Below are positions 20,954 through 30,619 of a stretch of 64,000 bases of DNA, in pieces. The position numbers were made by a program, and so were the translations under genes. Location: NCBI GenBank assembly GCA_963827475.1, contig CAWHAZ010000005.1, forward strand, positions 320,001-384,000. Direction: 5' to 3'. Every line of letters starts with the position of its first letter. The stretch's first letter is position 1. The notes beneath the pieces were generated by a model. The model did not search any database. It was given only the letters and a program-made list of their open reading frames with translations, and was not told where the DNA came from. This DNA is from an uncultured Chloroflexia bacterium. GTDB taxonomy: Bacteria; Chloroflexota; Limnocylindria; QHBO01.

Positions 20954-21191
20954 TCACCCGGCAGCTGCGGGCAACGGGCATTCTTCGGTCGAGCACCCGA
21001 CCCGCAGGTCGCGCTCGGCCGAGTACGTGACCAGGAGGTGGCAGACTCAAGCATGCGCTCATGCCGACGACCCCACGTCCCGGACACTGCACCCGGCCAT
21101 CGCTGACGTCGCGGGTGCTGCCCGCGCACACGATCCAGGCGGTACCGCGGCTGCGGGGTGGACGCGTGCCGGAAGCCCGAAGCGATGTCAT
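20954..21191 (-). CDS. Small Cys-rich protein (~78 aa, one extra base near 21045), missed by the ORF track
   Basis: GGAGG RBS and an ATGA at 21191-21188. Reads ...WIVC...VQCP...ACL(S)|CHLL...GCSTEECP..* after one frame correction. Confidence 0.5.
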
Positions 21192-21698
21192 CGGCCGTGC
21201 GCCTCCGCCGCCCGAACGTGCCGGCGATCTCGCGTGCCCACTTTCGAATCTCCGCCCAATCGCGGAAGTCACCGTACGGCGCATGGACCACCTTGACGAT
21301 GGCGCGCTCGGCGAGACCGATGTCCTCCTCGAGCCAGCTTGCCCGCGAAGACACGGTGCCCGCGGGCTCCCGATTTCTCGACGATGGAGTGCGACGTCCA
21401 ACGGATCGTCTTCCTGGGTCGGAGGCCTGCCGAGAGGTCCGCTCGAGAACAGCCAGACCGGCCGTCGCCGCAGGTCCTCCTGGAATCGCTCGACGAACAC
21501 CTTCGCCTGCCCCATCCAGTGTCCGGCGTACACGCCGCTGCCGACGATCACTCCGTCCACGTCGTCGAGGGACGAGACTTCTTCGGTGCCACGAGCGAAG
21601 GCCTCGATCCCCGCGGATTCGAGGGTGGCCGCGATCGCGTCACCGATCTCATCTGTGGCGCCATGCTTCGACGCCGTTGTCACCAGTATCCGGACCAT
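21188..21698 (-). CDS. Flavodoxin-domain protein (HemG-like); frameshifted
   Basis: ASKHGAT.EI, VGSGVY.GHW, VWLFSSGP and GDFRDW..I..WA.EIA motifs across frames; 3' end inferred. Confidence 0.78.
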
Positions 21699-21711
21699 CG
21701 TGAACCGCCTT

Positions 21712-22123
21712 TCAGTACGCGTTCCACGTCGGGTTCCAGCTCATGACCAGGACCGCCCACACGAGGACCGCGTCGATCAGGAACCCGACGCAGCAGGTAT
21801 CGGTGGAAGAAGAGCGTAAGGAGCAGCGTCGAGGTCGCCGCGGACAGGAGCACGAGCGCGGGCCAGAGCCCGACCGGGACGATCACGCCGGCCGTCGCGA
21901 GCGCTGACAGGCCGAAACCGGCCACGGTGGCGATCACCAGCACGGTTCCCACCGGCACAGCCACGTGGACGTCGAGGCCCGCGCGCCTGACGAGCCACGA
22001 TTCGGAAAGGTCAAAGGGCCAGGCAGGCGCTCCCGCCTTGGCAGGCGGTCGCGGTGCGAGGTACAGCGCGTGCACGAGGCCATGGGCGGCCAGGAATCCC
22101 GCGACCAGCACGTTGACCATCAT
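21712..22123 (-). CDS. Hypothetical integral membrane protein; frameshift near 21790
   Basis: AHGLVH plus about four hydrophobic helices; the corrected C-terminus VGFLIDAVLVWAVL ends at TGA 21714-21712. Confidence 0.65.
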
Positions 22124-22238
22124 TCATCGCCTCCGCCCCAGCGTGCCTCCTCTGGGCGCAGGTCATCGGCCGAACGGCCCATGGATTCGGGCCGATCGCA
22201 CCTACTCCCGATTCCTCCGAGTCCGCACTGTCGCGGTC

Positions 22239-22754
22239 ATGTCCGCGACCAGCGCCACCGTCCCCGTGCGCCTGCACACGACTCTGCGTACCGAGTTGGA
22301 GGTCGATGACGTCGGCCGCCTGCTCCGAACCGGCGGTCCTGACCGATGGCTGGGCGACTCGGTGGCGGGAGGGCCGCCGGACATGCGCCGCTACGCGACC
22401 GACCTCAAGCTGAGCCGGCATCCGCTGGCTCGGCGCATCCCACTTCGCAAGTCGGCGTTCGTCGACGTGGGACCGGTCGAGCGGATCGACGAGAACCTCC
22501 GGGTCGAAGTGAGCTGGCGATCAGCATCTCTCGCCCCGCTCTTCCCGGTCTTCTCCGGCTGGCTCACCGTCAGACCGGACGAGATCGTCATCGATGGCCG
22601 CTACGTCCCACCTGGCGGACCGCTGGGCTTCGTGGCCGATCGAGCCCTGATGCATCGCGCAGCCCGTTACACCGCGGAGTGGCTGCTGGGGGAGCTCGCC
22701 CGGGCCGCGGCCGCATCACCAACCCCTGTTGTTCCCTCAGCCAGAACGGAGTAA
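22239..22754 (+). CDS. Conserved hypothetical protein
   Basis: LFPVF.G.L...G.Y.PP.G.LG...DR.L..R.A pattern; upstream of and co-oriented with nirK. Confidence 0.6.
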   Translation: MSATSATVPVRLHTTLRTELEVDDVGRLLRTGGPDRWLGDSVAGGPPDMRRYATDLKLSRHPLARRIPLRKSAFVDVGPVERIDENLRVEVSWRSASLAPLFPVFSGWLTVRPDEIVIDGRYVPPGGPLGFVADRALMHRAARYTAEWLLGELARAAAASPTPVVPSARTE

Positions 22755-22770
22755 GAAGGAGCCTCACACC

Positions 22771-24146
22771 ATGGGCCGTCTCTTCGTCTACAGCGCCGCC
22801 GTCGCGAGCGTCATCCTGCTGTCACTGATCTACGTCATCGTGGCCGCCGGTTCCGGGATGGGATCACCGGAGGCCAGCCCCGGCGCATCCGCGCCGGCGG
22901 GCGAGGGCGAGATCCTCGGCGAGATCACGATCAACGCCTTCGACCTCGGCTTCGAGCCGGCCACGGTCGATGTTGCGGCGCCGGGCCGATACACGGTCCA
23001 CTTCATGAACGACGGCGCGATCGTCCACGACATCACGTTCGAGGGCGGGACGGCGCAGGTGGCCGACCCGGGCGAGATGATCGAGTTCGAGGTCACGATT
23101 CCCGAGGGCGGAACGACGTTCCTGTGCTCCGTTCCCGGGCACGCCGATGGCGGGATGACCGGCACGCGTGACGGTCGCCGGCGAGCCTGTCGGCGGCGGA
23201 GACGACGGCCACGGCGGCCCGGCCCCCGACACCGACGTCGAGCCCGACCCGGACGCCCCCGACTACGTCCTCTTCCCGCCCGAGGCTCCGCCGCTGCTGG
23301 AGGGGACGGTGCACGACATCGAGCTGGTCATCGAGGAGAAGCCGATGACCGTCGCCCAGGGCGAGGACGGTGGCTTCGTGCAGGCGGTGTGGACCTTCAA
23401 CGGGACCGTTCCCGGCCCGGTGATCCGGGTCAAGGTCGGCGACACGATCCGGGTCCATCTCATCAACCCCGCGGAGAGCCAGGTCGGCCACTCGATCGAC
23501 TTCCACGCCTCGCAGGTGGCGTGGAACGACGAGATGACGACCATCAACCCCGGCGAGGAGAAGATCTACGAGTGGATCGCGGAGTACGCCGGGGTCTGGA
23601 TGTACCACTGCGGCACGTCACCGGCGCTGCACCACATCGCCAACGGGATGTACGGGATGGTCATCGTCGAGCCGGCCGAGGGCCTGGGGCCGGTGGACGC
23701 GGAGGTTGCCGTGGTCCAGAGCGAGTGGTACCTCGGCCCGCAGGGGGAGCCGGCGAGCCTGTCGAAGGCCGCCGCGGCCGCCCCGGCCCCCGACTACGTC
23801 GTGTTCAACGGCGTCGCCAACCAGTACGTCGACAACCCGATCGCGGTCGGGCACCGGGGAGCGGGTGCGGATCTTCGTCCTGAACGCCGGGCCGAGCATC
23901 GACAGCTCGTTCCACGTGGTGGGCACGATCTTCAGCCGGGTGATCAAGGAAGGCGTTCAGCTGAACCTTGGCAACCCGGGCAACTTCGGGTCGCAGGCCG
24001 TGGACCTGTCACCGGCCCAGGGCGCGATCATCGAGATGGAGATGCCCGAGGACGGGCTCTATCCGATGGTGACCCACGCCTTCAACTTCGTCGGCCGTGG
24101 CGCGCTTGGCCTGTTCCAGGCCGGCGACGGTGACCCGCTGAACTGA
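22771..24146 (+). CDS. nirK: Copper-containing nitrite reductase with N-terminal TM anchor and extra cupredoxin domain; frameshifts near 23168 and 23850
   Basis: Cupredoxin HDITF...FLCSVPGHADGGM; NirK core WTFNG.VPGP, HSIDFHA, YHC....LHHIANGMYG, SSFHVVG and YPMVTH. Confidence 0.78.
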
Positions 24147-24149
24147 GGG

Positions 24150-24551
24150 TCAGGCGGCTCCGCGAACGGCGGGGGCGGGGAAGGTGACCTCGACCAGCGG
24201 GCTGCGCTGGTAGAAGATCTCGAACCGATCCTCCGCCTGCCAGTTGCGGGTGACCGCTTCCATGACGCGGCGCCGCTCCTCCGGCTCGGTGATCGGGCGG
24301 GCGACGGCAGGGAGGTCGGCCTTCACCGGCCCGGTCAGGTGGAAGGTCATGTTCGGGTCCGCCACCAGGTTGGCGTACCAGTCGCGGCGACCGGGCATGC
24401 CGCTGAGGATGATGTTGCCGTCGACGTTGTGGAACACCAGCTCGATCCGCCGTGGTTGACCCGAACGGCGGCCGATGGTGGTGATGTCGATGCGGTGGGG
24501 GCGCGCAAGGGCGCGCTGCACGTGGGGGTCGAGGTGGCTGAGGTCGGACAT
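24150..24551 (-). CDS. Deazaflavin (F420)-dependent nitroreductase family protein
   Basis: ITT.GRRSG..R and DWY.NL.A.P motifs. Confidence 0.8.
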   Translation of the reverse strand: MSDLSHLDPHVQRALARPHRIDITTIGRRSGQPRRIELVFHNVDGNIILSGMPGRRDWYANLVADPNMTFHLTGPVKADLPAVARPITEPEERRRVMEAVTRNWQAEDRFEIFYQRSPLVEVTFPAPAVRGAA

Positions 24552-24888
24552 TGGGGCGGGGCTCGCTATGAGATCTAAAGCGAGACTGTAGTCCGAAACC
24601 GCGCCGGGCGCAAAAACGCCCCGGAGGAACCTGGCGGGCCGCTTGATGCAATCTCCCGACTCGTCCGGCTCCTCCGGGACAACCAGAACAATACGGGACG
24701 ATTGACGGTTCGCCAAGCGGCTTATCCACGACTTTCGGCGGTAGGTGGGCGACTTATCCACGACGATTCCACGACTCCACGCTCGCGGCCTGGCGGGTCG
24801 CCGGTTAGGTGACGAGGAGCCGCCGCGGCCAGGATCGGTACGGAAGCTCCGCCTGACGCCTGCCTTCGGTCAGAGGGATGAGCCTGGG

Positions 24889-25479
24889 TCAGCGCCTGAG
24901 TTCGTCCGAAATCGGATCCCACGCAAGCACGAGGATTGGCGTCACGGTCGCCGCGGCAATGGAGTTCGCGATGACTGTCGGGATGTACTCGACGGTCAGG
25001 ATGTAATTGAACCCCAGCTGCGGCTGGGTGATCAGCTCGATGAAGATGAACAGGAAGCCAAGCGCGACCGCAACAACGCTGGCCAGAGCAGCAATCAGCG
25101 CCTTCTTGCCGGTGCTCGTCATCCGGTTGGCCAAGAGGAACGGGAACAGCCCAGCGATCAGGCCAACGAGGCCGTTGGCGACGCTCCAGTGCCAGTACCC
25201 GACGGCCTCGTCGATAACGTAGTCGCCGATGATGTAGTCGCCGATCGCGTTACCCAGAAACCCGGTCAGGAACCCCACGATCGGTCCGAAGGCGAACCCG
25301 AAGAAGGTCAGGATCCCGTAGTGGGGGCGGACCGTGACCTCCGTTCCGGGTATCCCGATGCCGTAGGTCAGCGAGTTCATGAACCCCATGATCAACGCGC
25401 CGATGCCGGCGTAGACGAGAGTCCACACTGTCATCGACCACGGGCGCGAAGATGGCTGCCCCGTCGCCGCCGTTGTCAT
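24889..25479 (-). CDS. ECF transporter S component
   Basis: About six TM helices; FGPIVGFLTGFLGNAIGD motif; GGGAGG RBS. Confidence 0.8.
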   Translation of the reverse strand: MTTAATGQPSSRPWSMTVWTLVYAGIGALIMGFMNSLTYGIGIPGTEVTVRPHYGILTFFGFAFGPIVGFLTGFLGNAIGDYIIGDYVIDEAVGYWHWSVANGLVGLIAGLFPFLLANRMTSTGKKALIAALASVVAVALGFLFIFIELITQPQLGFNYILTVEYIPTVIANSIAAATVTPILVLAWDPISDELRR

Positions 25480-25595
25480 GGCGCGATCCTTCCTCCCTCC
25501 GATTCAGCCATGTTGACCTTAGGTGATCAATGTGCGCCCGGACCCGGCTCATCCACGAGTGTGCCTGGATGGCCCCGATGGTAGCGGCCGCCCGG

Positions 25596-27114
25596 TCAGG
25601 GGTGGAGGGTCACCGTCTCGCCGAGCGCCGGCACCGCGGCCGCCGCGCCAAGGTCCCGGCTGATCCTCGCCGCGAAGGCCGACGCCGCGGTTGGCTCGCC
25701 GTGGGTCACGTACACCGCTCGCGGCCGGCCGTCATCCCTGGCCGCCGTGGCGAAGTGCCCGATCCAGGCATCGAGCTCCGCGCGGTCGGCATGGGCCGAC
25801 AGGCCGGAGATGGAGCGCACCCGGCAGCGGACGGGCCAGTCTTCCCGTCGATCCGCGCCTCCTTGCCCCCGTCGGCCAGGTGCCGGCCCGAGCGTGCCCT
25901 CGCCCTGGTAGCCGATGAACAGGAGGGTGGCCCGCGGATCGGGCAGCAGGTCCTTGAGGTGGTGGAGGATGCGGCCGCCGGTCAGCATCCCCGACGCGCG
26001 ACCAGGATGAACGGCCGGGGGCTGCCCATGATCGCCTTCGACGCCTCGACGCTGGGCGTGCATTCCTGGCCCGGGTAGACCAGCGGTGAGTCGCCCGACT
26101 GGAGGAGCGCCAGCGTCTCGGCGTCGTACGCCTCCGGGTGGCGGAGGTAGACGTCGCTCGCCTCGCAGGCCATGGGCGAGTCGACGAAGAGCGGCAGGTG
26201 CGGGATCGCGGCCCTCCGCAGCAGGTCGTCGAGCAGCCAGACGAGGTGCTGGGTGCGACCGATGGCGAACGCCGGGATGAGGAGGACGCCCCCTCGCTGG
26301 GCGACGTCGCTCACGACGCCCATCAGCTCGTCGACAGCCTGTTCGCGCGGGCGCGTGCTCCCGGTCGCCGTAGGTCGACTCGACGACGACGCGTCGGCGT
26401 GGGTCAGCGGGGTCGGATCGCGCAGGATGGGCGTGTCGTCGCGGCCGAGGTCGCCGGAGAACACGATGGTCTGCTCCGTGCCGTCCGGGTCGCGGACCCG
26501 CAGCTCGATGATCGACGGAGCCGAGGATGTGGCCCGCGTCGTGGAACGTGGCTTCGATGCCGTCGGTGATCGGCGTCGACGGTCGCGTACGGGACCGGCC
26601 GGACGAGCTCCATCGTGCGCCGCACGTCGTCCACGTCGAACAGCGGGGCATGGGTCCGCGTCTCGAGGTCCGGTGGACGCGGCATCCGGGCGGCGGTGGC
26701 GGCCATCTCCATCTCGCTGGCGGTGGCCTCCGACTCGCCTTCGGGCGCGCGCGCCGCGGCCGCCTCGGGATGCCGCCGCTTCCACCGTTCCGCGGCATGG
26801 GCCTGGAGCTCGGCGCTGTCGATGAGGACGATCTCGGCCAGGTCGGCGGTCGCATCGGTCGCGAACACCGGGCCGTGATAGCCAGCCCGGACGAGGGCCG
26901 GCAGCCGACCGATGTGGTCGTTGTGGGCGTGGGTCAGCAGGACGGCGTGCACGTCCTCGGCCGCGTAGGAGAACGCCATCCGGTTGCGCGCGATCTCGTC
27001 CATCCCGCCCTGGAACAGGCCGCAGTCGACGACCACCCGGCGGTCGCCCACGGTCAGCAGGAACTGCGAGCCGGTGACCCCGCCGGCGGCGCCGAGGAAT
27101 CGGAGGGAGATCAT
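25596..27114 (-). CDS. MBL-fold beta-CASP metallo-hydrolase (putative RNase); multiple frameshifts
   Basis: FLGAAGGVTGS, DCGLFQG, THAHNDHIG, AGHILGS, FSGDLG, ESTYG, P.FA.GR.Q, SGML.GGR, SAHAD and HGE motifs. Confidence 0.85.
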
Positions 27115-27154
27115 CGGCGGGGAGTATGCGGCAGCCGGCGGGTACCATCGGTCC

Positions 27155-28240
27155 GTGGCGTTTCCGATCGAGCCTCCCATCGAGCCGATGCTCGCCAAAC
27201 CGCAGCCGGCGATCCCGGAAGGTCCCGGCTGGCACTACGAGCCGAAATGGGACGGCTTCCGCGCGCTCGTCTTCCGCGACGGCGCGGAGGTCTACATCCA
27301 GAGCCGGGACCTGAAGCCGCTGAACCGGTATTTCCCGGAGCTCGAAGAGCCGCTCCGCAAGATTGGGAAGCCGAAGGATCGGTTCGTGCTCGATGGGGAG
27401 ATCGTGATCGCCACCGATGGGGAGCTGAACTTCGACGCGCTGCTGCTCCGGATCCACCCGGCGGCGTCCCGGGTCGCCATGCTCGCCGAGCAGAGCCCGT
27501 CGGCCTACGTCGCCTTCGACCTCCTGGCCGATGGCGCCCGGGACCTGCGCGACCGCCCGTTTGCCGACCGGCGCGCCGCGCTCGCAAAGCGGCTGGCGAA
27601 ACCACCGGCGTCGGTCCACCTCACCCCGGCGTCCACCGACCCGAAGACGGCGCGCCACTGGTTCGAGGTCTTCGAGGGCGCGGGCCTGGACGGGGTCGTC
27701 GCCAAGCCCGGCGACCTCCGGTACCTGCCCGGCAAGCGGGAGATGATCAAGGTCAAGCACCAGCGGACGGCGGACTGCGCCGTCGCCGGGTTCCGGTGGC
27801 ACAAGAACGGGCCGGGCACGATGGTCGGCTCGCTGCTCCTCGGGCTGTACGACGACGCCGGCACGCTCCAGAGCGTCGGCGTCACCAGCTCGTTCACCGA
27901 GGCACGCCGCCGCGAGCTCGTCGAGGAGCTGGAGCCGTTGCGCAAGGACGCCCTGAAGAAGCACCCGTGGCGGGAGTGGAAGGAGGCGGAGGCCGCCTGG
28001 GCGGGACAGCGGATGCCCGGCGCGACGAGCCGCTGGAACCGGGGCAAGGACCTGTCCTGGGAGCCGCTCCGAATCGAGCGGGTGGTCGAGGTGGCCTACG
28101 ACCACCTCCAGGGCGACCGCTTCCGGCACGCGACGACCTTCATCCGCTGGCGACCGGATCGGAAGCCGGCATCGTGCCGCTACGACCAGCTCGAGGCGAC
28201 GCCGCCCGCGCTGTTGGCCGATCTGTTCGGAGAGGCCTGA
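27155..28240 (+). CDS. ligC: ATP-dependent DNA ligase, LigC type
   Basis: PMLAK, EPKWDGFR, LDGEIV, FDLL, GLDGVVAK, GSLLLGLYD, SRWN and RFRH motifs. Confidence 0.9.
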   Translation: MAFPIEPPIEPMLAKPQPAIPEGPGWHYEPKWDGFRALVFRDGAEVYIQSRDLKPLNRYFPELEEPLRKIGKPKDRFVLDGEIVIATDGELNFDALLLRIHPAASRVAMLAEQSPSAYVAFDLLADGARDLRDRPFADRRAALAKRLAKPPASVHLTPASTDPKTARHWFEVFEGAGLDGVVAKPGDLRYLPGKREMIKVKHQRTADCAVAGFRWHKNGPGTMVGSLLLGLYDDAGTLQSVGVTSSFTEARRRELVEELEPLRKDALKKHPWREWKEAEAAWAGQRMPGATSRWNRGKDLSWEPLRIERVVEVAYDHLQGDRFRHATTFIRWRPDRKPASCRYDQLEATPPALLADLFGEA

Positions 28241-28291
28241 CCGGGCTACACTCGCCCGGCACTCGTCCACCAGCCCAAGGAGAATCGGTTC

Positions 28292-29989
28292 GTGTCCACC
28301 CTTGATCCCAACGCGGCTGTCAGCGACCTCGCCGAGCGGTTCTGGGAGGGCGTTCTCGAACGCGACCCGATCACCGCCACCATCTACGGGGATGACCGGT
28401 ACGACGACCGGTGGCCCGACCTCGGCCCGGACGGCCGCGCCGCGGAGCGGACCGCGCTGTCGTCCGCCCTGGCGGAGGCGGAGGCCATCGACGCCGACGC
28501 GCTCGACGTCGAGTCGGTCATCACCCGCGACCTCCTCATCCTCATCGCCCGCAACTTCCTCGAGGCGCAGGACCGCAAGCTGTACCAGCTGGCGGTGAAC
28601 CACATGTCCGGGCCCCAGACGTGGCCCTCGGAGATCGCCCAGTACCAGCGCGCCGACACGCCGGAGAGCCTCGAGCGCATGCTCGCCCGCTTCGCCGGGT
28701 TCCCCACGCTCATCGAGCAGCAGATCGGGACCCTGGACGAGGGGATCGCGGACGGCCGGACCTCCGCATCCGTCCCGGTTCGGAAGGCGATCGAGCAGAT
28801 CGACCGGATGCTGACCGTTCCTGCCGACGTCGCCCCGGCCGTCGTCCTGGCCAACGTGGCCGACGAGTCCGGCCGCGAGGCGATTCGCGGTTCCGTGGCC
28901 AAGGACATCTATCCCGCGCTGAAGCGCCTGCGGGACTACCTCGCCGACACCTACACGCCTCACGCCGCGGCCACGCCCGGCCTGGGGGACACCCCAGGCG
29001 GGCACGACGCGTATCGGCTGGCAATCCGGATGCAGACGACCGTCGACGCCACCCCGGAGGAGGTCCACGCCTTCGGGATGGAGGACCTGGAGCGGATCGA
29101 GGCCGAGAAGGACGAGATCGCCCGCCGGCAGGGCCATGCCGACCGCCACGCCTTTGCGGCCGCCCTGGCCGAGGATCCGAGCAACCGGACCGATGACCCG
29201 GCGCACATCATCGAGCTGGCCCGCGAGCAGACCGATCGGGCCTACGCCACCGCCCCGCGCTACTTCGGCCGGCTGCCGGCCGCCAACTGCACCGTGCTCC
29301 CGGTCGAGGAGTACCGCGAGCGCGAGTCCGCCCCGGCGTTCTACATGCCGCCGACCATGGACGGGTCGCGCCAGGGCCAGTACTACCTCAACACCTACCA
29401 GCCCGACCAGCGGCAGCTCCACAAGATCGCGGCCATCACCTTCCACGAGGCGACCCCGGGCCACCACTTCCAGATCGCGATCGAGATGGACCTCAAGGGC
29501 CTGGGCCGCTTCCGGACCCTCGGCGCGAAGATGGCCGGCTCGGCCTACGTCGAGGGCTGGGGCCTGTACACCGAGCGCCTGGCGGAGGAGATGGGCCTGT
29601 ACCAGACCGATGCCGAACGGCTCGGGATGCTGGAGGCCCAGTCGTTCCGCGCCGCGCGGCTGGTCGTCGACTCCGGGCTCCACGTCATGGGCTGGACCCG
29701 CGAGCGCGCCATCGAGTTCATGCACGAGCGCGGCTCGCTGCCGATGGTGGATGCCGAGATCGAGGTCGATCGGTACACGATCTGGCCGGGCCAGGCCCTC
29801 TCCTACAAGATGGGGCAGCGGGAGATCGAGCGGGCGCGAGCCGACGTCGGGGAGCAGCTCGGCGCCGACTTCGACCTTCGCGCGTTCCACGACGAGGTGC
29901 TGGGCCACGGCTCCCTGCCGCTCGAGACCCTCCGGCGGGAAATCCCCGGCTGGGTCGCGGCGGCGGTCAGGACCCCGACCGGGGCCTAG
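28292..29989 (+). CDS. DUF885 family protein (putative metallopeptidase-like)
   Basis: HEATPGHHFQ, EGWGLY.E, RLVVDSG.H, RY...PGQA..YK.G and FHD motifs. Confidence 0.88.
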   Translation: MSTLDPNAAVSDLAERFWEGVLERDPITATIYGDDRYDDRWPDLGPDGRAAERTALSSALAEAEAIDADALDVESVITRDLLILIARNFLEAQDRKLYQLAVNHMSGPQTWPSEIAQYQRADTPESLERMLARFAGFPTLIEQQIGTLDEGIADGRTSASVPVRKAIEQIDRMLTVPADVAPAVVLANVADESGREAIRGSVAKDIYPALKRLRDYLADTYTPHAAATPGLGDTPGGHDAYRLAIRMQTTVDATPEEVHAFGMEDLERIEAEKDEIARRQGHADRHAFAAALAEDPSNRTDDPAHIIELAREQTDRAYATAPRYFGRLPAANCTVLPVEEYRERESAPAFYMPPTMDGSRQGQYYLNTYQPDQRQLHKIAAITFHEATPGHHFQIAIEMDLKGLGRFRTLGAKMAGSAYVEGWGLYTERLAEEMGLYQTDAERLGMLEAQSFRAARLVVDSGLHVMGWTRERAIEFMHERGSLPMVDAEIEVDRYTIWPGQALSYKMGQREIERARADVGEQLGADFDLRAFHDEVLGHGSLPLETLRREIPGWVAAAVRTPTGA

Positions 29990-29999
29990 CCCCGCGGGC

Positions 30000-30581
30000 A
30001 TGCAGCCCCCCGAGCGGATCGTCCTCGAGGGGCGCGTCGTCCGGCTCGAACCCCTCGAGGAGCGGCACCGCGACGACCTGGTCGCGGCCGCGACCGAGGA
30101 CCGCGGCATCTGGGCCTTCATGGGCTCCAACCTGGCCGACCCCGCGACCTGGCCCGCGTACCTCGCCGCGGCCCTCCAACCGGAGTTCGTGGCCTGGGCC
30201 ACGGTGGAGCGGGCGACCGGTCGCGCGGTGGGCTCCACCCGCTTCGGCGACATCGCCCCGGAGCACGATCGGGTCGAGATCGGGTGGACCTGGCTCGCCC
30301 CGTCCCGGCACCGCACCGCGGTGAACACCGAGGCCAAGCTCCTGCAGCTGACCTACGCCTTCGACACCCTCGGCGCGGGGCGGGTGGCGTTGAAGACCGA
30401 TGGGCGCAACGAGCGATCGCAGCGCGCGATCGAGCGCCTGGGCGCCGTCCGCGAGGGGGTGCTCCGCCGCCACACGCGGCTGCCCGATGGCTACGTCCGC
30501 GACACGGTCTACTACTCGATCCTGGCCGACGAGTGGCCGGCCGTGAAGGCGCGCCTCACCGACCGGCTGGCCCGCGGCTAG
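30000..30581 (+). CDS. GNAT (RimJ/RimL-like) N-acetyltransferase
   Basis: EIGWTW, NTEAK.L.L.YAF and N.RS..AIERLGA..EG.LR motifs. Confidence 0.88.
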   Translation: MQPPERIVLEGRVVRLEPLEERHRDDLVAAATEDRGIWAFMGSNLADPATWPAYLAAALQPEFVAWATVERATGRAVGSTRFGDIAPEHDRVEIGWTWLAPSRHRTAVNTEAKLLQLTYAFDTLGAGRVALKTDGRNERSQRAIERLGAVREGVLRRHTRLPDGYVRDTVYYSILADEWPAVKARLTDRLARG

Positions 30582-30619
30582 CCCGGCCTCGACAGGCTCC
30601 GGGCCGAGCCGATGGCCGG

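Noticed and set aside
25513-25530. FNR/CRP box upstream of the ECF S component
   Set aside because: TTGAC…ATCAA are separated by 8 nt, not the 4 nt of an FNR box.
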